The notes under the pieces were generated by a model that saw nothing but the letters and a program-made list of their open reading frames with translations, was not told where the DNA came from and searched no databases. A stretch of 64,000 nt of DNA, taken from Octopus sinensis (Eukaryota). Each line of letters begins with the position of its first letter. Positions within the stretch are counted from its first letter, which is position 1. The position numbers and the translations under genes are program-made. This document shows, piece after piece, positions 1 to 13,524 of the stretch. The stretch is taken from positions 14,198,001-14,262,000 of the forward strand of contig NC_042997.1 of NCBI RefSeq assembly GCF_006345805.1, in the 5' to 3' direction.

Positions 1-254
1 GCGATCGATCGACAGTTTATTTGGCAGAGTGTGTTTGCTAGCTTCACAACTAGGTCAAGGTGAGCTCTAATTGACTGTATGCAAATGAGTGCATTACTTG
101 GGTCCGGAACACTCGTGGGGAAAAGATTTTGCAACCCGCAAACTATATGGTTGGCAATAAACTTCTTAGCACAGCTACGCTTACGCCTGTTCTACGCCTG
201 CCCCTATCTTGTTTATCATTCATTTATCATATTTGCTTATAAGTTAAACAGGTA

Positions 255-664
255 GTCGCAGGAGTGGCTGTGTGATAAGTAGTTTGCTTAAGAACCACGT
301 GGTTCCGGGTTCAGTCCCACTGCGTGGTACCTTGGGCAAGTGTCTTCTTCTATAGCCTCAGGCCGACCAAAGCCTTGTGAGTGGAGTTGGTAGACGGAAA
401 CTGAAAGAAGCCCGTCGTATATATGTATATATATATGTGAGTGTGCGTGTATGTTTGTGTGTCCGTGTTTGTCCCCCTAGCATTGCTTGACAACCGATGC
501 TGGTGTGTTTATGTCCCCGTTACTTAGCAGTTCGGCAAAAGTGACCGATAGAATAAGTACTGGGCTTACAAAAGCATAAGTCCCGGGGTCGAGTTGCTCG
601 ATTAAAGGCGGTGCTTCATCATGGCCGCAGTCAAATGACTGAAACAAGTAAAAGAGTAAAAGAG
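255..664 (+). mobile_element. tRNA-derived SINE, family 'gcaggagtggctgtgtgg' with (GTAAAAGA)n tail
   Basis: A-box and B-box head (GGTTCAGTCCC), internal (TA)/(TG) microsatellite and repeated tail. Other copies at 9128-9539, 42087-42450, 60229-60641(-) and 17268-17639(-), plus many decayed copies. Confidence 0.9.
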
Positions 665-1339
665 TATATGTATATATGTGTGTGTGTGTTTCTGTGACTG
701 TGTTTGTCCCCCCACCACCAACATCACTTGTCAACTGATGCTGGTGTGTTTACGTCCCCGTAACTGAGCGGTTCAGCAAAAAAATAGACCCATAGAATAA
801 GTACTAGGCTCACAAAGAATAAGTCCTGGTTAGGTCGATTTGCTCGACAAACGGCGGTGCTCCAGCATGGCCGCAGTCAAATGACTGAAACAAGTATTAA
901 AAGAGTAAAAGAGTAAAAGAAAGAGAGAGTTCACAGAAACTGGTTGTGGTCTGAATCGGCAAAAATGATACAGTAAAATTTGTTGTGTTTACAATCAACT
1001 GAAATACCATAGATACAATGATAAGAAATGTCATCTCCAAACGTCAATATTCTCTTCAGCCCACGGCATACAAACTTATCCAAACTTTTCGACTTCGTTA
1101 TTCGTTTACATTTAAAGTATACAGTTGCTATTGTACTTCTGTAATCTCAGACTGTCTCTCTTAACGCAGACCTGGCAAAAGATGTTCCAGCCGTGACTAT
1201 CTTGTTTTATTTTTGGGGTTTTCTGTTTCTTTTTTTTTTTCTGTTTTGTTTTCTTTCAGACATCGTTGTATATTTAAGACTACATTATTTAATGGAGGTG
1301 GAGGAGGGGGAGAAGGAGGAGCAGCAAGGGGAACAGGAG

Positions 1340-1634
1340 GAGACGGTGATGATAATGATGATGACGCTATTGCTGCTGCTACTGCTGATGATGATGATGA
1401 TGATGATGATGACGACGACGAAGGCGACAACGATGACGACAACCACAAGCATGACAACGACGTTGCTGATGATGATGATGATGACGACGACGACGACGGC
1501 GACGACGAAGAAGACGGTGATGATGATGATGGTGATGGTGATGATGGTGATGGTGATGATGATGACGATGACGATGATGGTGATGATGATGACGATGATG
1601 ATGACGATGATGATGATGATGATAATGATGATGA

Positions 1635-1665
<31 letters not shown>

Positions 1666-1682
1666 GATGGTGATGATGATGA
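1340..1682. repeat. Compound (GAT/GAC/GGT)n trinucleotide microsatellite
   Basis: Continuous GAT/GAC/GGT triplets, which account for the poly-D, poly-M and poly-S ORFs. Confidence 0.95.
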
Positions 1683-1985
1683 ACCCTGAAAGGATAATTT
1701 GTGAAATATCATCCCACTGCTAATCTGTGCAAGCCGTTACAACGATTAGTTGTCCGAGAAATGCAGATAGCTTCGAGACACACTCTGACATGTAACAGAA
1801 ACACAGACTAAATCCCGTCTTGTCCTTCTATCGGCACAGATTCAAAGTAGTCTATTTCACCCATTTAAAGGGACATTTCCTTCAACGACCCAAAGACAGC
1901 ATAATTAACAGGCATCGGCATGCCCAGACACACACACATACACACACACACACACACTTATACACACTCACACATAGACACATAT

Positions 1986-2373
1986 GGATGGAAGCACTCC
2001 GTCGGTTACGACGATGAGGGTTCCGGTTGATCCGATCAACGGAACAGCCTGCTCGTGAAAATAACGTGTAAGTGGCTGAGCACTCCACAGACACGTGTAC
2101 CCTTAACGTAGTTCTCGGGGATATTAAGCGTGACACAGAGAGTGACAAGGCTGGCCCCTTTGAAATACAGGTACAACAGAAACAGGAAGTAAGAGTGAGA
2201 GAAAGTTGTGGCGAAAGAGTACAGCAGGGATCACCACCATCCCTGCCGGAGCCTCGTGGAGCTTTAGGTGTTTTCGCTCAATAAACACTCACAACGCCCG
2301 GTCTGGGAATCGAAACCGCGATCCTACGACCGCGAGTTCGCTGCCCTAACCACTGGGCCATTGCGCCTCCACA
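1986..2373 (-). mobile_element. tRNA-derived SINE, family 'ggaggcgcaatggcccagtgg', full length with TSD
   Basis: tRNA-like head on the minus strand. 12-bp TSD ATAGACACATAT at 1974-1985 and 2374-2385. Confidence 0.92.
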
Positions 2374-2518
2374 ATAGACACATATACATACACACACTAA
2401 TATAAAACACGGTAGATTTGCTGTTTTGAAAGAAAATAACGATTCCGGTAGACTTGAACAAGAATATGCTAATCGCTGTTCTAGTTAATCACAGGTGAAC
2501 AACTCCTTTGCGACAAAT

Positions 2519-2845
2519 CTGTGTCTGTCACCCCCTTCGATCACGACACTGACCATGGGATTGCACCTAGAAAGTTACCCCCCCCCCAGGCACAAGTCCG
2601 GGCAAGGTTGTTTATGGAGGACCAGCAGTCGCCCATGCATACCGGCCTCCCCTCTCCACGCCGCAAGTGTTATCCAAGGGAAAAGAAACAGCAAATAAAA
2701 AACTTGGCACCTGTGACGTCGCAACTCATTTCTAGGAGCAACGTGAAATAAAGTGTCTTGCTCAAGAACACAACACGCAGCCCGGTCCGGGATTCGAGCT
2801 CACAACCTCACGATCGTGAGCTCGACGCTCTAACCACTGAGCCAT
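2519..2845 (-). mobile_element. tRNA-derived SINE (head + cttgagcaagacacttta body, distinct tail)
   Basis: Head atggctcagtggttagagcg...gagctcgaatccc. 9-bp TSD GCGACAAAT at 2510-2518 and 2846-2854. Confidence 0.85.
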
Positions 2846-3032
2846 GCGACAAATATATGTTCATAATACACTTGATTCATTGGCACGAGATTTTCTGATT
2901 TTCTGGGACACCCAACCCAGTATTTCGACATCGGTGGGTGTCGTCCGTCGAAGGATATCCCGGACAAATGATTCTAAAGAAACTGAGCTCATGTTAACAT
3001 CTTCAGTGAACAAACTGTTTGCTGATATCTCA

Positions 3033-3604
3033 TTTCCTTTCTACCCACAAGGGGCTAAACAAGGACAGACAAGCGGATTAAGTCGATTATATCGACCCCA
3101 GTGCGAAACTGGTACTTATTTAATCAACTCCGAAAGGATGAAAGGCAAAGTCGACCTCGGCGGAATTTGAACTCAGAAGGTAACGGCAGACAAAATACCT
3201 ATTTCTTTACTACCCACAAGAGGCTAAACACAGAGAGGACAAAGAAGGACAGACAAACGGATTAAGTCGATTATATCGACCCCAGTGCGAAACTGGTACT
3301 TATTTAATCAACCCCGAAACGATGAAAGGCAAAGTCGACCTCGGCGGAATTTGAACTCAGAACGTAACGGCAGACGAAATACTTATTTCTTTACTACCCA
3401 CAAGAGGCTAAACACAGAGAGGACAGACAAACGGATTAAGTCGATTATATCGACCCTAGTGCGTAACTGGTACTTAATTTATCGACCCCGAAAGGATGAA
3501 AGGCAAAGTCGACTTCGGCGGCATTTGAACTCAGAACGTAACGGCAGACGAAATACGGCTACGTATTTCGCCCGGCGTGCTAACGTTTCTGCCATCTCGC
3601 CGCC
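3033..3604 (-). mobile_element. CORE-type SINE, head-to-tail trimer
   Basis: Three ~185-bp units containing gcctttcatcctttcggggtcgat..aagtaccag (CORE-like). Only the 5'-most unit has the ggcggcgag..ggcagaa head. Confidence 0.85.
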
Positions 3605-4019
3605 TTATCCGTGCTGATATCTAGCAACCAATAATATATTGTTATGTGTTAGGAACAATTATCCGTCGTAAAGGAAAAGTTATTCTTCTGTGGCTTATTC
3701 ACGTTCGAATTTACTTTAGCGTATTAACAATAAATAGGCAAACCACTATTTTGATATTTGCTGTTGACCGTGCAAATAACAATTTATTATCGAAAGAACA
3801 TGTTTCCCAGAAGCAGAGACTACGAAAACATTTAAGACAAATTCGATATTTCAGAATTGCAGCAAAATCGATTTTAATTATGGACAAAGAATATTTGAGG
3901 AGTTTTTCCAAGAACTCCTAGCAGGAAAAATAATAATTAACCAAAATTTCGGAAAAATATATTTTTTTGTGAAAATAAATAAGTTTGATAAATGAAACTA
4001 ACACATACATATATACACA

Positions 4020-4080
<61 letters not shown>

Positions 4081-4454
4081 GTACATACATTTACACATAC
4101 GTGTGTGTGTGTGTGAGTGTGTGTGTGTGTGTATGTGTGTGTGAGTGTGTGTGTGTACATGAAGAGATACGGTTTGCACTTTTTGAAAACACCCCGGGTA
4201 AGATATAAAATAATTGATATTAGTAATAACTTCTTTTTAAAATTGTTTCTGTTTTTGGATTTCGTTACTTTACCGATTCTATAAAATAAATAGCTGGGAA
4301 ATGTCCAAGTAGGTGCCGTTACGTTCTTCAATCAACCAATATATCATAATGAACTGACAGTTCCCCACCTCACCCTTTGAAATCTGTAGTTTCGTCGCCG
4401 CAACATAGTATTTACTTGGGAAATGGAGAGATGGATAGACAGATAGATTGATAG

Positions 4455-4676
4455 AGCTGGCAGAACCGTTAGCGCGCCGGACGAAATGCGTAGCCGTATT
4501 TCGTCTGCCGTTACGTTCTGAGTTCAAATTCCGCCGAGGTCGACTTTGCCTTTCATCCTTTCGGGGTCGATAAATTAAGCACCAGTTACGCACTGGGGTC
4601 GATGTAATCGACTTAATCTGTTTGTCTGTCCTTGTTTGTCCCCTCTATGTTTAGCCCCTTGTGGGTAATAAAGAAA
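4455..4676 (+). mobile_element. CORE-type SINE monomer
   Basis: Same family as 3033-3604 in the opposite orientation, followed by a (GA)n tract at 4691-4770. Confidence 0.85.
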
Positions 4677-4686
4677 CAGATAGATA

Positions 4687-4772
<86 letters not shown>

Positions 4773-5353
4773 TAAATGTTTACACACACATGTATACTTT
4801 CTACTATAAGCACAAGTCCTGAAATTTCAAGGAGGAGTCACGTCGATTACATCGACCCCAGTGCGCAACTGGTACTTTATTTTATTGACACCCCTCCCCC
4901 GCTACAGGCTAAAAGATAAAGTCGACCTCGACATTATTTGGACTCAGAACGTAAATCCGGAAGAAATGTTGCTAGGCATTTTGTCCGACATGCTCACTGT
5001 TCTGCCAACTTGCCGCCTTTCATATATTCTTATATTTTTTCATTTGTTTCAGTCATTTGATTGCAGCCACGCTGGAGCACCGCACTTAGTCGAAAACTTG
5101 ACTCCAGGACTTATTCTTTGTAAGCCGAGTACTTATTCTATCGGTCTCTTTTGCCGAACGCTACGTTACAGGGACGTAAACACATCAGCATCAGTTGTCA
5201 AGTGATGGCGGGGGACAAACACAGACACATAAATATACACACACCACACACACGTACACATACACACACACATACACACACATACGACGGGCTTCTTTCA
5301 GTTTCCGTCTATATATATATATTATTTACACACACTTATACATACGTACAAAC

Positions 5354-5355
<2 letters not shown>

Positions 5356-5448
<93 letters not shown>
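5356..5448. repeat. (GATA)n microsatellite
   Basis: Perfect GATA array. Confidence 0.95.
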
Positions 5449-5892
5449 CTTAAACACACACACGTTTGGATGTATAAAGGCGAATTTTAGTAGTGTTCAT
5501 TTATTAGATTCGTTCGACTCTGATAATGTTTCATTCAGTTGCTATTCAAAGCTTCTTCTTAAGTGCAAAACTGGGATCAAGAACTTTGCGAATCTTACCT
5601 CTGAAATGAAGCCGAAATATTATCCTGGATGTACACCATACTCTCCTAACTGGGTTTTTGGTACCATAAATAGAAGCTGGAGTCCTCCAATTGGTTACAT
5701 GAAAATTAATAAAAACTGCCACCACTCTTCTTCCTTTAATATTCTTTTCTACTATAGGCATAAGGCATGACATTTTGGGGAGGGAGAAAGTCGATTTCAT
5801 CGCTCTCAGTACGCAACTGGTATTTAATTTATCGACCCTGAAAGGATGAAAGGTAAAGTCGACGGCAGCATTTCGTCCGGCGAGCTAACGAT

Positions 5893-6548
5893 TCTTACTT
5901 TTTTATTGCCCACAAGGGGCTAAACATAGAGGGGACAAACAAGGACAGACAAGGAGATTAAGTCGATTAGATCTACCCCAGTGCGTAACTGGTACTTAAT
6001 TTATTGTCCCCTAAAGGATGAAAGGCAAAGTCGACGGCGGCGCAATCTGAACTCAGAACGTAGCGACAGGCGAAATACCTATTTCTATTTCTTTACTACC
6101 AACAAGGGGTTAAACACAGAGAGAACAAACAATGACAGACAAACGGATTAAGTCGATTATATCGACTCCAGTGCGTAACTGGTACTTATTTAATCGACCC
6201 CGAAAGGATGAAAGGCAAAGTCAACCTCGGCGGAAATTTGAACTCAGAACGTAGAGGCAGACGAAATACCTATTTCTTTATCACCTACAAGGGGCTAAAC
6301 ATAGAGGAGACAAACAAGGACAGACAAACGGATTAAGTCGATTACATCGACCCTAGTGCTTAACTGGTACTTAATTTATCGATCCCGAAAGGATGAAAGG
6401 CAAAGTCGACCTCGGCGGACTTTGAACTCAGAACGTAACGGCAGACGAAATACCTATTTCTTTATCACCTACATGGGGCTAAACACAGAGAAGTCAAACA
6501 AGGACAGACAAACGGATTAAGTGCTAACGATTCTGGCAGCTCGCCGCC
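5893..6548 (-). mobile_element. CORE-type SINE multimer (~3.5 units)
   Basis: Tandem units joined at gaaatag|gtatttcg. Confidence 0.85.
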
Positions 6549-6846
6549 TTCTCCCTTTAATATTGAAAGTGATTAGGGCTGCGAACTGGCAGAATTGTTG
6601 TCGCACCGGAAAAAATGCTTAGCGGCATTTCTAGCGAATCTACGTTCTAAGTTCGAATTCCGTCGAAATTGACCTTGCCTTTCATCCTCGGGGGTCGATG
6701 AAATAAGTTCTAGTTGAGCACTGAGGTCGATGTAATCGACTTACCCCTCCCTGAAACCTGCTGGCCTTGTACCAAAATTTGAAACTAATATTTTATAGCA
6801 CTATCTACTTCGTATTCCACCGGTAAAAACGATATGTTATCTATAT

Positions 6847-7036
6847 CAGCGTTTTTCAAACTGTGGGTACGTTCCTTCAGTGGGTCGACACAAAAAATAA
6901 GAAAAGAAAGAAAAACGCAAGTAGGTGCTAAGTGCAGAAAATAAACCAGCGTTTTTAAAAATGTGGGTCCCGATCCTTCAGTGGGTCACGAGATAAATAA
7001 AAAGGGCCGCGATAAAAAAAAGTCTCAAAAACGCTG
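6847..7036. mobile_element. hAT-type MITE
   Basis: TIRs CAGCGTTTTTCAAACT...AGTCTCAAAAACGCTG and an 8-bp TSD ATCTATAT/ATCTATAA (7 of 8 match). Confidence 0.8.
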
Positions 7037-7173
7037 ATCTATAATGGTAATTGAATTTTCAATTTGTTTTTGAACGGGTGAATTTTGTTCTTATCTTTTT
7101 CTTTATACTTGTATTATGTAAGGATGCTTAACATAAAGGAATATTTTTGTTATCCTAATATATGAAAATTAGA

Positions 7174-7560
7174 AAGGCGGCGAGCTGGCAGAATCGTTAG
7201 CACGCCGGGCGAAATGCTTAGCAGTATTTCGTCTGCTGCTACGTTCTGAGTTCAAATTCCGCCGAGGTTGACTTTGCCTGTCATCCTTTCGAGGTCGATT
7301 GAATAAGTACCAGTTACGCACTGGGGTCGATGTAATCGACTTAATCTGTTTGTCTGTCCTTGTTTGTCCCCTCTGTGTTTAGCCCCTTGTGGATAGTAAA
7401 GAAATAGGTACCTTGTCTGTCTTTACGTTCTGAGTTCAAATTCCACCGAGATCGACTTTGCCTTTCATCCTTTTTGGGGTTCGATGAATCAAGTACCAGT
7501 TGCGTACTGGGACCGATCTAATTGACTGGTTCCTCCCAAAAAATTTCGGGTCTTGTACCT
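7174..7560 (+). mobile_element. CORE-type SINE dimer
   Basis: Head-bearing unit followed by a headless unit joined at aagaaatag|gta. Confidence 0.8.
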
Positions 7561-7847
7561 TGAGTAGAAAAGAAAATATGAAAATTAGAAGCATTATGGG
7601 TGACGATTCTTTATTTGAATCAGCCTGTTTCACGTACGAATTCTTGATGCGATCCATCAGCATGATTCAAATTGCATCCCCCCATTCCTTCTTCATCCGA
7701 ATCCGCAAGACCAGAAAAGGAAATCGTTTGGTCGTTGGTTGCAAAATTTCACTCTCAGAAAAATTAACCTGGAACTATGTAGAAATGAACCTGAAACGAT
7801 GTAGCTGCAAAACAAACTACTTAACCACACAACCATACCTAATAATA

Positions 7848-8215
7848 GGAGGCGCAATGGCCCAGTGGTTAGGGCAGCGGACTCGCGGTCGTAGGTTCGC
7901 GGTTTCGATTCCCAGACCGGGCGTTGTGAGTGTTTATTGAGCGAAAACACCTAAAGCTCCACGAGGCTCCGGCAGGGGATGGTGGTGATCCCTGCTGTAC
8001 TCTTTCACCACAACTTTCTCTCACTCTTACTTCCTGTTTCTGTTGTACCTGTATTTCAAAGGGCCGGCCTTGTCATTCTCTGTGTCACGCTGAATATCCC
8101 CGAGAACTATGTTAAGGGTACACGTGTCTGTGGAGTGCTCAGCCACTTACACGTTAATTTCACGAGCAAGCTGTTCCGTTGATTCGGATCAACCGTAACC
8201 GACGGAGTGCTTCCA
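7848..8215 (+). mobile_element. tRNA-derived SINE (ggaggcgcaatgg family)
   Basis: Near-identical to 1986-2373. TSD ACCTAATAATA at 7837-7847 and 8217-8227. Confidence 0.92.
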
Positions 8216-9127
8216 CACCTAATAATAATACAATGCAACACCGAGGCACGAACCATGGACCTTTCAGTTAACCGACACTCTAAGGACACCGAAAACTGCT
8301 ACTTCTGTTATACCTTTATCTTTTGTTTCGTTCATTTGACTGCGGCCATGCTGGAGCATCGCCTTGAAGGGTTTAGTCAAACAAATCGCCCTAGTAGTTG
8401 TTTTTTGTTTTTTTGTTTTTTTAAGTCTTGTACTTATTCTGTCAGACTATTTTGCTGAACCACTAAGTTATGGAGACGTAAACAAACCAATACCGGTTGT
8501 CAAGCGGTAGAGAGGACAAACACAAACAACATACACATACAACACACACCTGCGTGCGCACACACACACACACGTCGGGCTTCCGTGAAGTTTCTGTCAA
8601 CCAAATTCACTCACAAGGCACTGGTCGGTCCGAGGCTACAGCAAAAGACTTGCCCAAGAGTTGTAATGACAACCATGTGTTTTCAAAGTAGGATTCTTAA
8701 CTAACACAGCCATGCGTGCATCTATATATTCATAAAAATATAATTTTTTTTGTTTATTTTGTTTTGTTTTTTGTTTTTTTGCGCACGTGTGTGTGTGTGT
8801 GTTTTTCTTTTTGCTTTCTTTTTTTAATTCTTGTTTACGAAGTAACACATTTCCGTTTCTCTTGGGTTAAGTCTTGAAATATCTCAAAGTCAGAAAAATA
8901 AATTATGCTTCAATATCCTCTATTTGCATATTTATCAATATCAAGCGTCTTCTCTACATACACAGTTCAAATTTCTCATATCCGTGACTCCTACTTCTAT
9001 AATATTGATCTAGTAATGTCATATCTTAAAATTAAAAGCTCAAGAATTCTACAAGTCCTTGCTAGTAACATTTTCAACAAACACAATTAAAAGATAAGCA
9101 GTTGAAATTATTCACCAACATACAATA

Positions 9128-9539
9128 GGCACAGGAGTGGCTGTGTGGTAAGTAGCTTGCTACCAACCACATGGTTCCGGGTTCAGTCCTACTGCGTGGG
9201 ATCTTGGGCAAGTGTCTTCTACTATAGCCCCGGGCCGACGAAAGCCTTGTGAGTGGTTTTGGTAGACGGAAACTGAAAGAAGCCTGTCGTATAATATGTA
9301 TATATATATTTATATGTATGTGTTTGTGTGTCTGTGTTTGTCCCCCTAGCATTGCTTGACAACCGATGCTGGTGTGCTTACGTCCCCGTCACTTAGCGGT
9401 TCAGCAAAAAGAGACCGATAGAATAAGTACTGGGCTTACAAAGAATAAGTCCCGGGGTCGATTTGCTCGACTAAAGGCGGTGCTCCAGCATGGCCGCAGT
9501 CAAAATGACTGAAACAAGTAAAAGAGTAAAAGAGTAAGA
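9128..9539 (+). mobile_element. tRNA-derived SINE (gcaggagtggc family)
   Basis: Full-length copy with (GTAAAAGA)n tail. Confidence 0.9.
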
Positions 9540-10568
9540 GTATACAAAATTACTTCTTTAACTTAGATCAGATTTTACCAATCTTTTTTACATATATTTT
9601 GTTCGTCAACCGTCCGATGATTATCGATTTTTGGCACAAAGCCATATTTCGAAAGAACAAAACAATCTGTTTTAATCGACACAAGTACTTGGCTGGTGAC
9701 TATTTTTTCGAACCTGGAAGGGTGAAAAAATGAACGAAATAGACTCCGATAGGATTTGAACTTAGAACGTAAATTGACTAAATACTACGAACCATTCTGG
9801 CAACCAGTTTTGTATTGTTTTGTTTTTTTTGTTTTTTGGGTCTTTTTTACTTATTTGTCTTGCATTTTGGCTGATGATCAAGGTTCCAGCTCATATAAAC
9901 TGACAGTACTTCTTAAAGAGAACATCAGCCAAGATGGAAGCAGCTGCGCAGCGACCGAAGAATCGCAAATGTTCCCACCTACATTGTACATTCAGTGTGT
10001 CCTCACGATTGGGGGGAAACTACGGAAATGGCGATATTTCATTGTGACAAACGTCAACCGCCATGAAATGTCTATTGTTCATGAAAGTTCAAGTTTTTTT
10101 TTAGTTTTTTTTATCTGTGATGAACTTGGATTATAGGCAAAGAGGGTTGAGTCGGATGGACAATCTCACACTCTCGTCCTGAAGCTTTGCTGAGACTGGC
10201 AATAAAAAGACAATGCAATGGGATTGTCAGGGCGAACTCCGAGTTTCACCGTACCCTAAGGTATGCGTCTCGCAGGGACATTACTGGATATTGTCTTTCT
10301 GTCGGTTGACACTTCACCGCTAATGGTCGGCTTTCCTCCGCATAGTCTTCATATGCATAAAGTGACAAGCCTAAAGTATTTCATTATGGGTTTAAAACTT
10401 GTTTGCTACTCTCAACCCGATTTTAACCGGTCTACTACTTCCAAAGCTTAAGATGTGGCACACAACGGTATACAGTTTGTGATACTCCAGATTTTAAGCT
10501 GGGTGCTTAAATGAGCTGTTCTGATTAGGAATGGATATGATTTCTACCAAAGATGTTGTAACTCCTTT

Positions 10569-10895
10569 GTGAGGGCGCGTGGCTTAGTGGTTAGGGCATT
10601 CGGCTCATGATCGTAAGGTTGTGAGTTCGATTCCCGGCGACGCGTTGTGTCCTTGAGCAAGACACTTTATTTCACGTTGCTCCAGTCCACTCAGCAGGCA
10701 AAAATGAGTTGTACCTGTATTTCAAAGGGCCAGCCTTGTCACACTCTGTGTCACGCTGAATTTCCTTGCGAACTACGTTAAGGGTACACGTGTCTGTGGA
10801 ATGCTCAGCCATTTGCACGTTAATTTCACGAGCAAGCTGTTCCGTTGATCGTATCAGCTGGGACCCTCGTCGTCGTAACCGACGGAGTGCTCCCC
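10569..10895 (+). mobile_element. Chimeric tRNA-derived SINE
   Basis: Head and body resemble 2519-2845; the 3' half resembles 7848-8215. 12-bp TSD TGTAACTCCTTT at 10557-10568 and 10896-10907. Confidence 0.88.
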
Positions 10896-11827
10896 TGTAA
10901 CTCCTTTATATCACGTACCTCCAATTTGAAATAAGCATCCGGTGACTATATACACTAACGCAAGGTTATACACTCGTAAAAAGTTATTGTTACTTCAATC
11001 GACCACATTACATAACTGGTACTTAATCGAACTAGCTTGCACGGAAGAGTTCAAACCCAAAATATAATATGATGAAGCTAAACACAATAAGACATTTAGT
11101 TCGGTGCCCCACCACTCAGCAAATGCATTACCTTGTGCCATAAATCCCAAAATAGAAGTACATCAAGTCTTTATGTGATCGCTCGAACTGCTAGATATAG
11201 TAGCAAAATTTCCCTCGAATGATACCATAGCAGCGTGATAAGGGAAGAATACGATGAATGGTACGGTCCTAGATACGCAATGCTTCAAGGAAAGATGGGA
11301 TTGATATGTTAAAAATATTGAGGGCTTTCTCAATCAGGACCAACCCAAGATTAAACAACATCGGGCATCACACAATCAGTTAAAGGGTCAAGAGTGTGAG
11401 ATTGTCCATCCGACTCAACCCTTGGTGTTGCGCTTTATCAATAGCTCAAGCAATAAGTCCCTGGCTCACTTCAAGTACCCAAGGTAATACCACTATCCTC
11501 ATTTATCACAAAAGTTTGGTTCCAAAGAAGCAAAGAACAAAAAAAACACCGTGTTTAATAAATCAGTGACCCCAAGTTGTCCTCTTAACTTACCCAAATA
11601 AACACCTCCAAATAGTTTTGTGAACACACATAATGATATTGTTTCGTGTTTGAAAAAATATTTTGAGTAAAAAATTTAATAACGTATGATCAGTAAATAA
11701 AAGAAAAACTGAAAAATACCATAATCTGCAGAATCTTTGACTGAATACTAACCCGTGTTATTACAGATCAATTCATGATAAGTGTAACATGATTCACTAT
11801 TGAGTGTACCGTGTTATGCCAGATCAG

Positions 11828-12211
11828 AAGGCGCAATGGCCCAGTGGTTAGGGCAGCGGACTCGCGGTCGTAGGATCGCGGTTTTGATTCCCAGACCGGG
11901 CGTTGTGAGTGTTTATTGAGCGAAAACACCTAAAAGCTCCACGAGGCTCCGACAGGGGATGGTGGTGATCCCTGCTGTACTCTTTCACCACAACTTTCTC
12001 TCACTCTTTCTTCCTGTTTCTGTTGTACCTGTATTTCAAAGGGCCGGCCTTGTCACCCTCTGCGTCACGCTGAATATCCCCGAGAACTACGTTAAGGGTG
12101 CACGTGTCTGTGGAGTGCTCAGCCACTTGCACGTTAATTTCACGAGCAAGCTGTTCCGTTGATCGGAGAAACCGGGACCCTCGCCGTCGTAACCGACGGA
12201 GTGCTTCCATC
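11828..12211 (+). mobile_element. tRNA-derived SINE (ggaggcgcaatgg family)
   Basis: 12-bp TSD ATGCCAGATCAG at 11816-11827 and 12212-12223. Confidence 0.92.
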
Positions 12212-13524
12212 ATGCCAGATCAGTAATGAATGAATGGTGATAAACGTAGATGTACCAATTACGTACACACTAACAGCTATAAAGGGAGAGAACACTGTAG
12301 AATTAATGAGATTTCGTTGGCTCAAATGAAACCGGGAGACAAGTCAGTCCAGTATATTGTTACATACAAAATCACGTACACGTTTCAACTGGAGGGTTAA
12401 CAGATGTCTAATACGTGCTGGCTGACCTTCCCTACCCTATCATCATAGTAATTTTCATATCAACAATATTGTTGTTAAATAACGCCACCACACTTACAAA
12501 TTCATCCATGGTCTAATCATTTCGTTTACGTGTTCTTTCCAGTTTCTTGCACACGTTTTATTTTATTAATTTTCCAACAGACCAGAGTTTCCTTCTCGAA
12601 CTGCTGCTGTCCTCTCGGGGTATATTCTACGCCTATCAAAATAGTTTTCAAAATGTTCGCTGATTGTAATTTTCACTTTAAGCTGTTTTCATATTAGCAC
12701 AAGCTTGACCAATGAAAAAGCTATCGGTCGCAGGGCAAGGCCCGTACTTAGCTGGCAGAGATGGAAACTGTGTAAACTATAAGGTCAACAGCTAAACCAC
12801 TAATTTACGATTAAGTCAACCGGAAACTCCTGTTACCGAATTTCTCAAAATAAGCTGTTGATTTAATGATGGCCTCATAAGAATTCAATGGATTGTTATA
12901 TAAAAGTAATTATATAAAAGTACAGACTTGTGCTAACTTTTTATACAACGAAGATACGTTAATAATGTACTGACTCATTATAGTATATAGTGGCTTGTTG
13001 AATAATTTGTAAGCTCGTTATACGGCACATGATGTGAAAGTGGTTAATTATTGATTATATAGGAATAGGTCCGTTGTTTTAATTTCGTGTCCGTCATTGT
13101 GAAGCAGGTTTTAAAAGTTTACTTACTAGCCATATAGCTACGAAAGCAAATGTTCAAGCCCACAAGGGAACCTATATGTGGTTGTTCATCTTGCTAAATA
13201 TAACTGTCAAATCCTCGTTTTCCTATTTTTACCACCCGAAAAAAAAAAATTGATAGACTCCTGGATACCTCTAAAATGAAAAGACGTTTTTTTTATACAT
13301 CTAGAAAATCCATCGTAGTTGAATGACATCCAAGCTGAGGATGCTAGTTCAGAACGTATTTAACGTGGAAAAGATTGCATTACAGACACAGGTGTAGTAG
13401 CTATGTGGCTAACAAATTTACTTCACAACTTCGCAGTTATGGTTTCGATCCCATAGCACAGCACCGTTGCTAGGTGTCTTATACCAGAACTTCGTGTCTA
13501 CCAAAGCCGAAGGTGCAGGCATGA

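Noticed and set aside
1193-1723. Long poly-Met/Asp/Ser ORFs in three frames
   Set aside because: They are translations of a GAT/GAC microsatellite, with no splice or homology support.
7848-7925. tRNA-like cloverleaf heads (also 2300-2373, 2775-2845, 10569-10640, 11828-11905, 22020-22093)
   Set aside because: They are continuous with SINE bodies and bounded by TSDs, with an imperfect acceptor stem. These are SINE heads, not tRNA genes.
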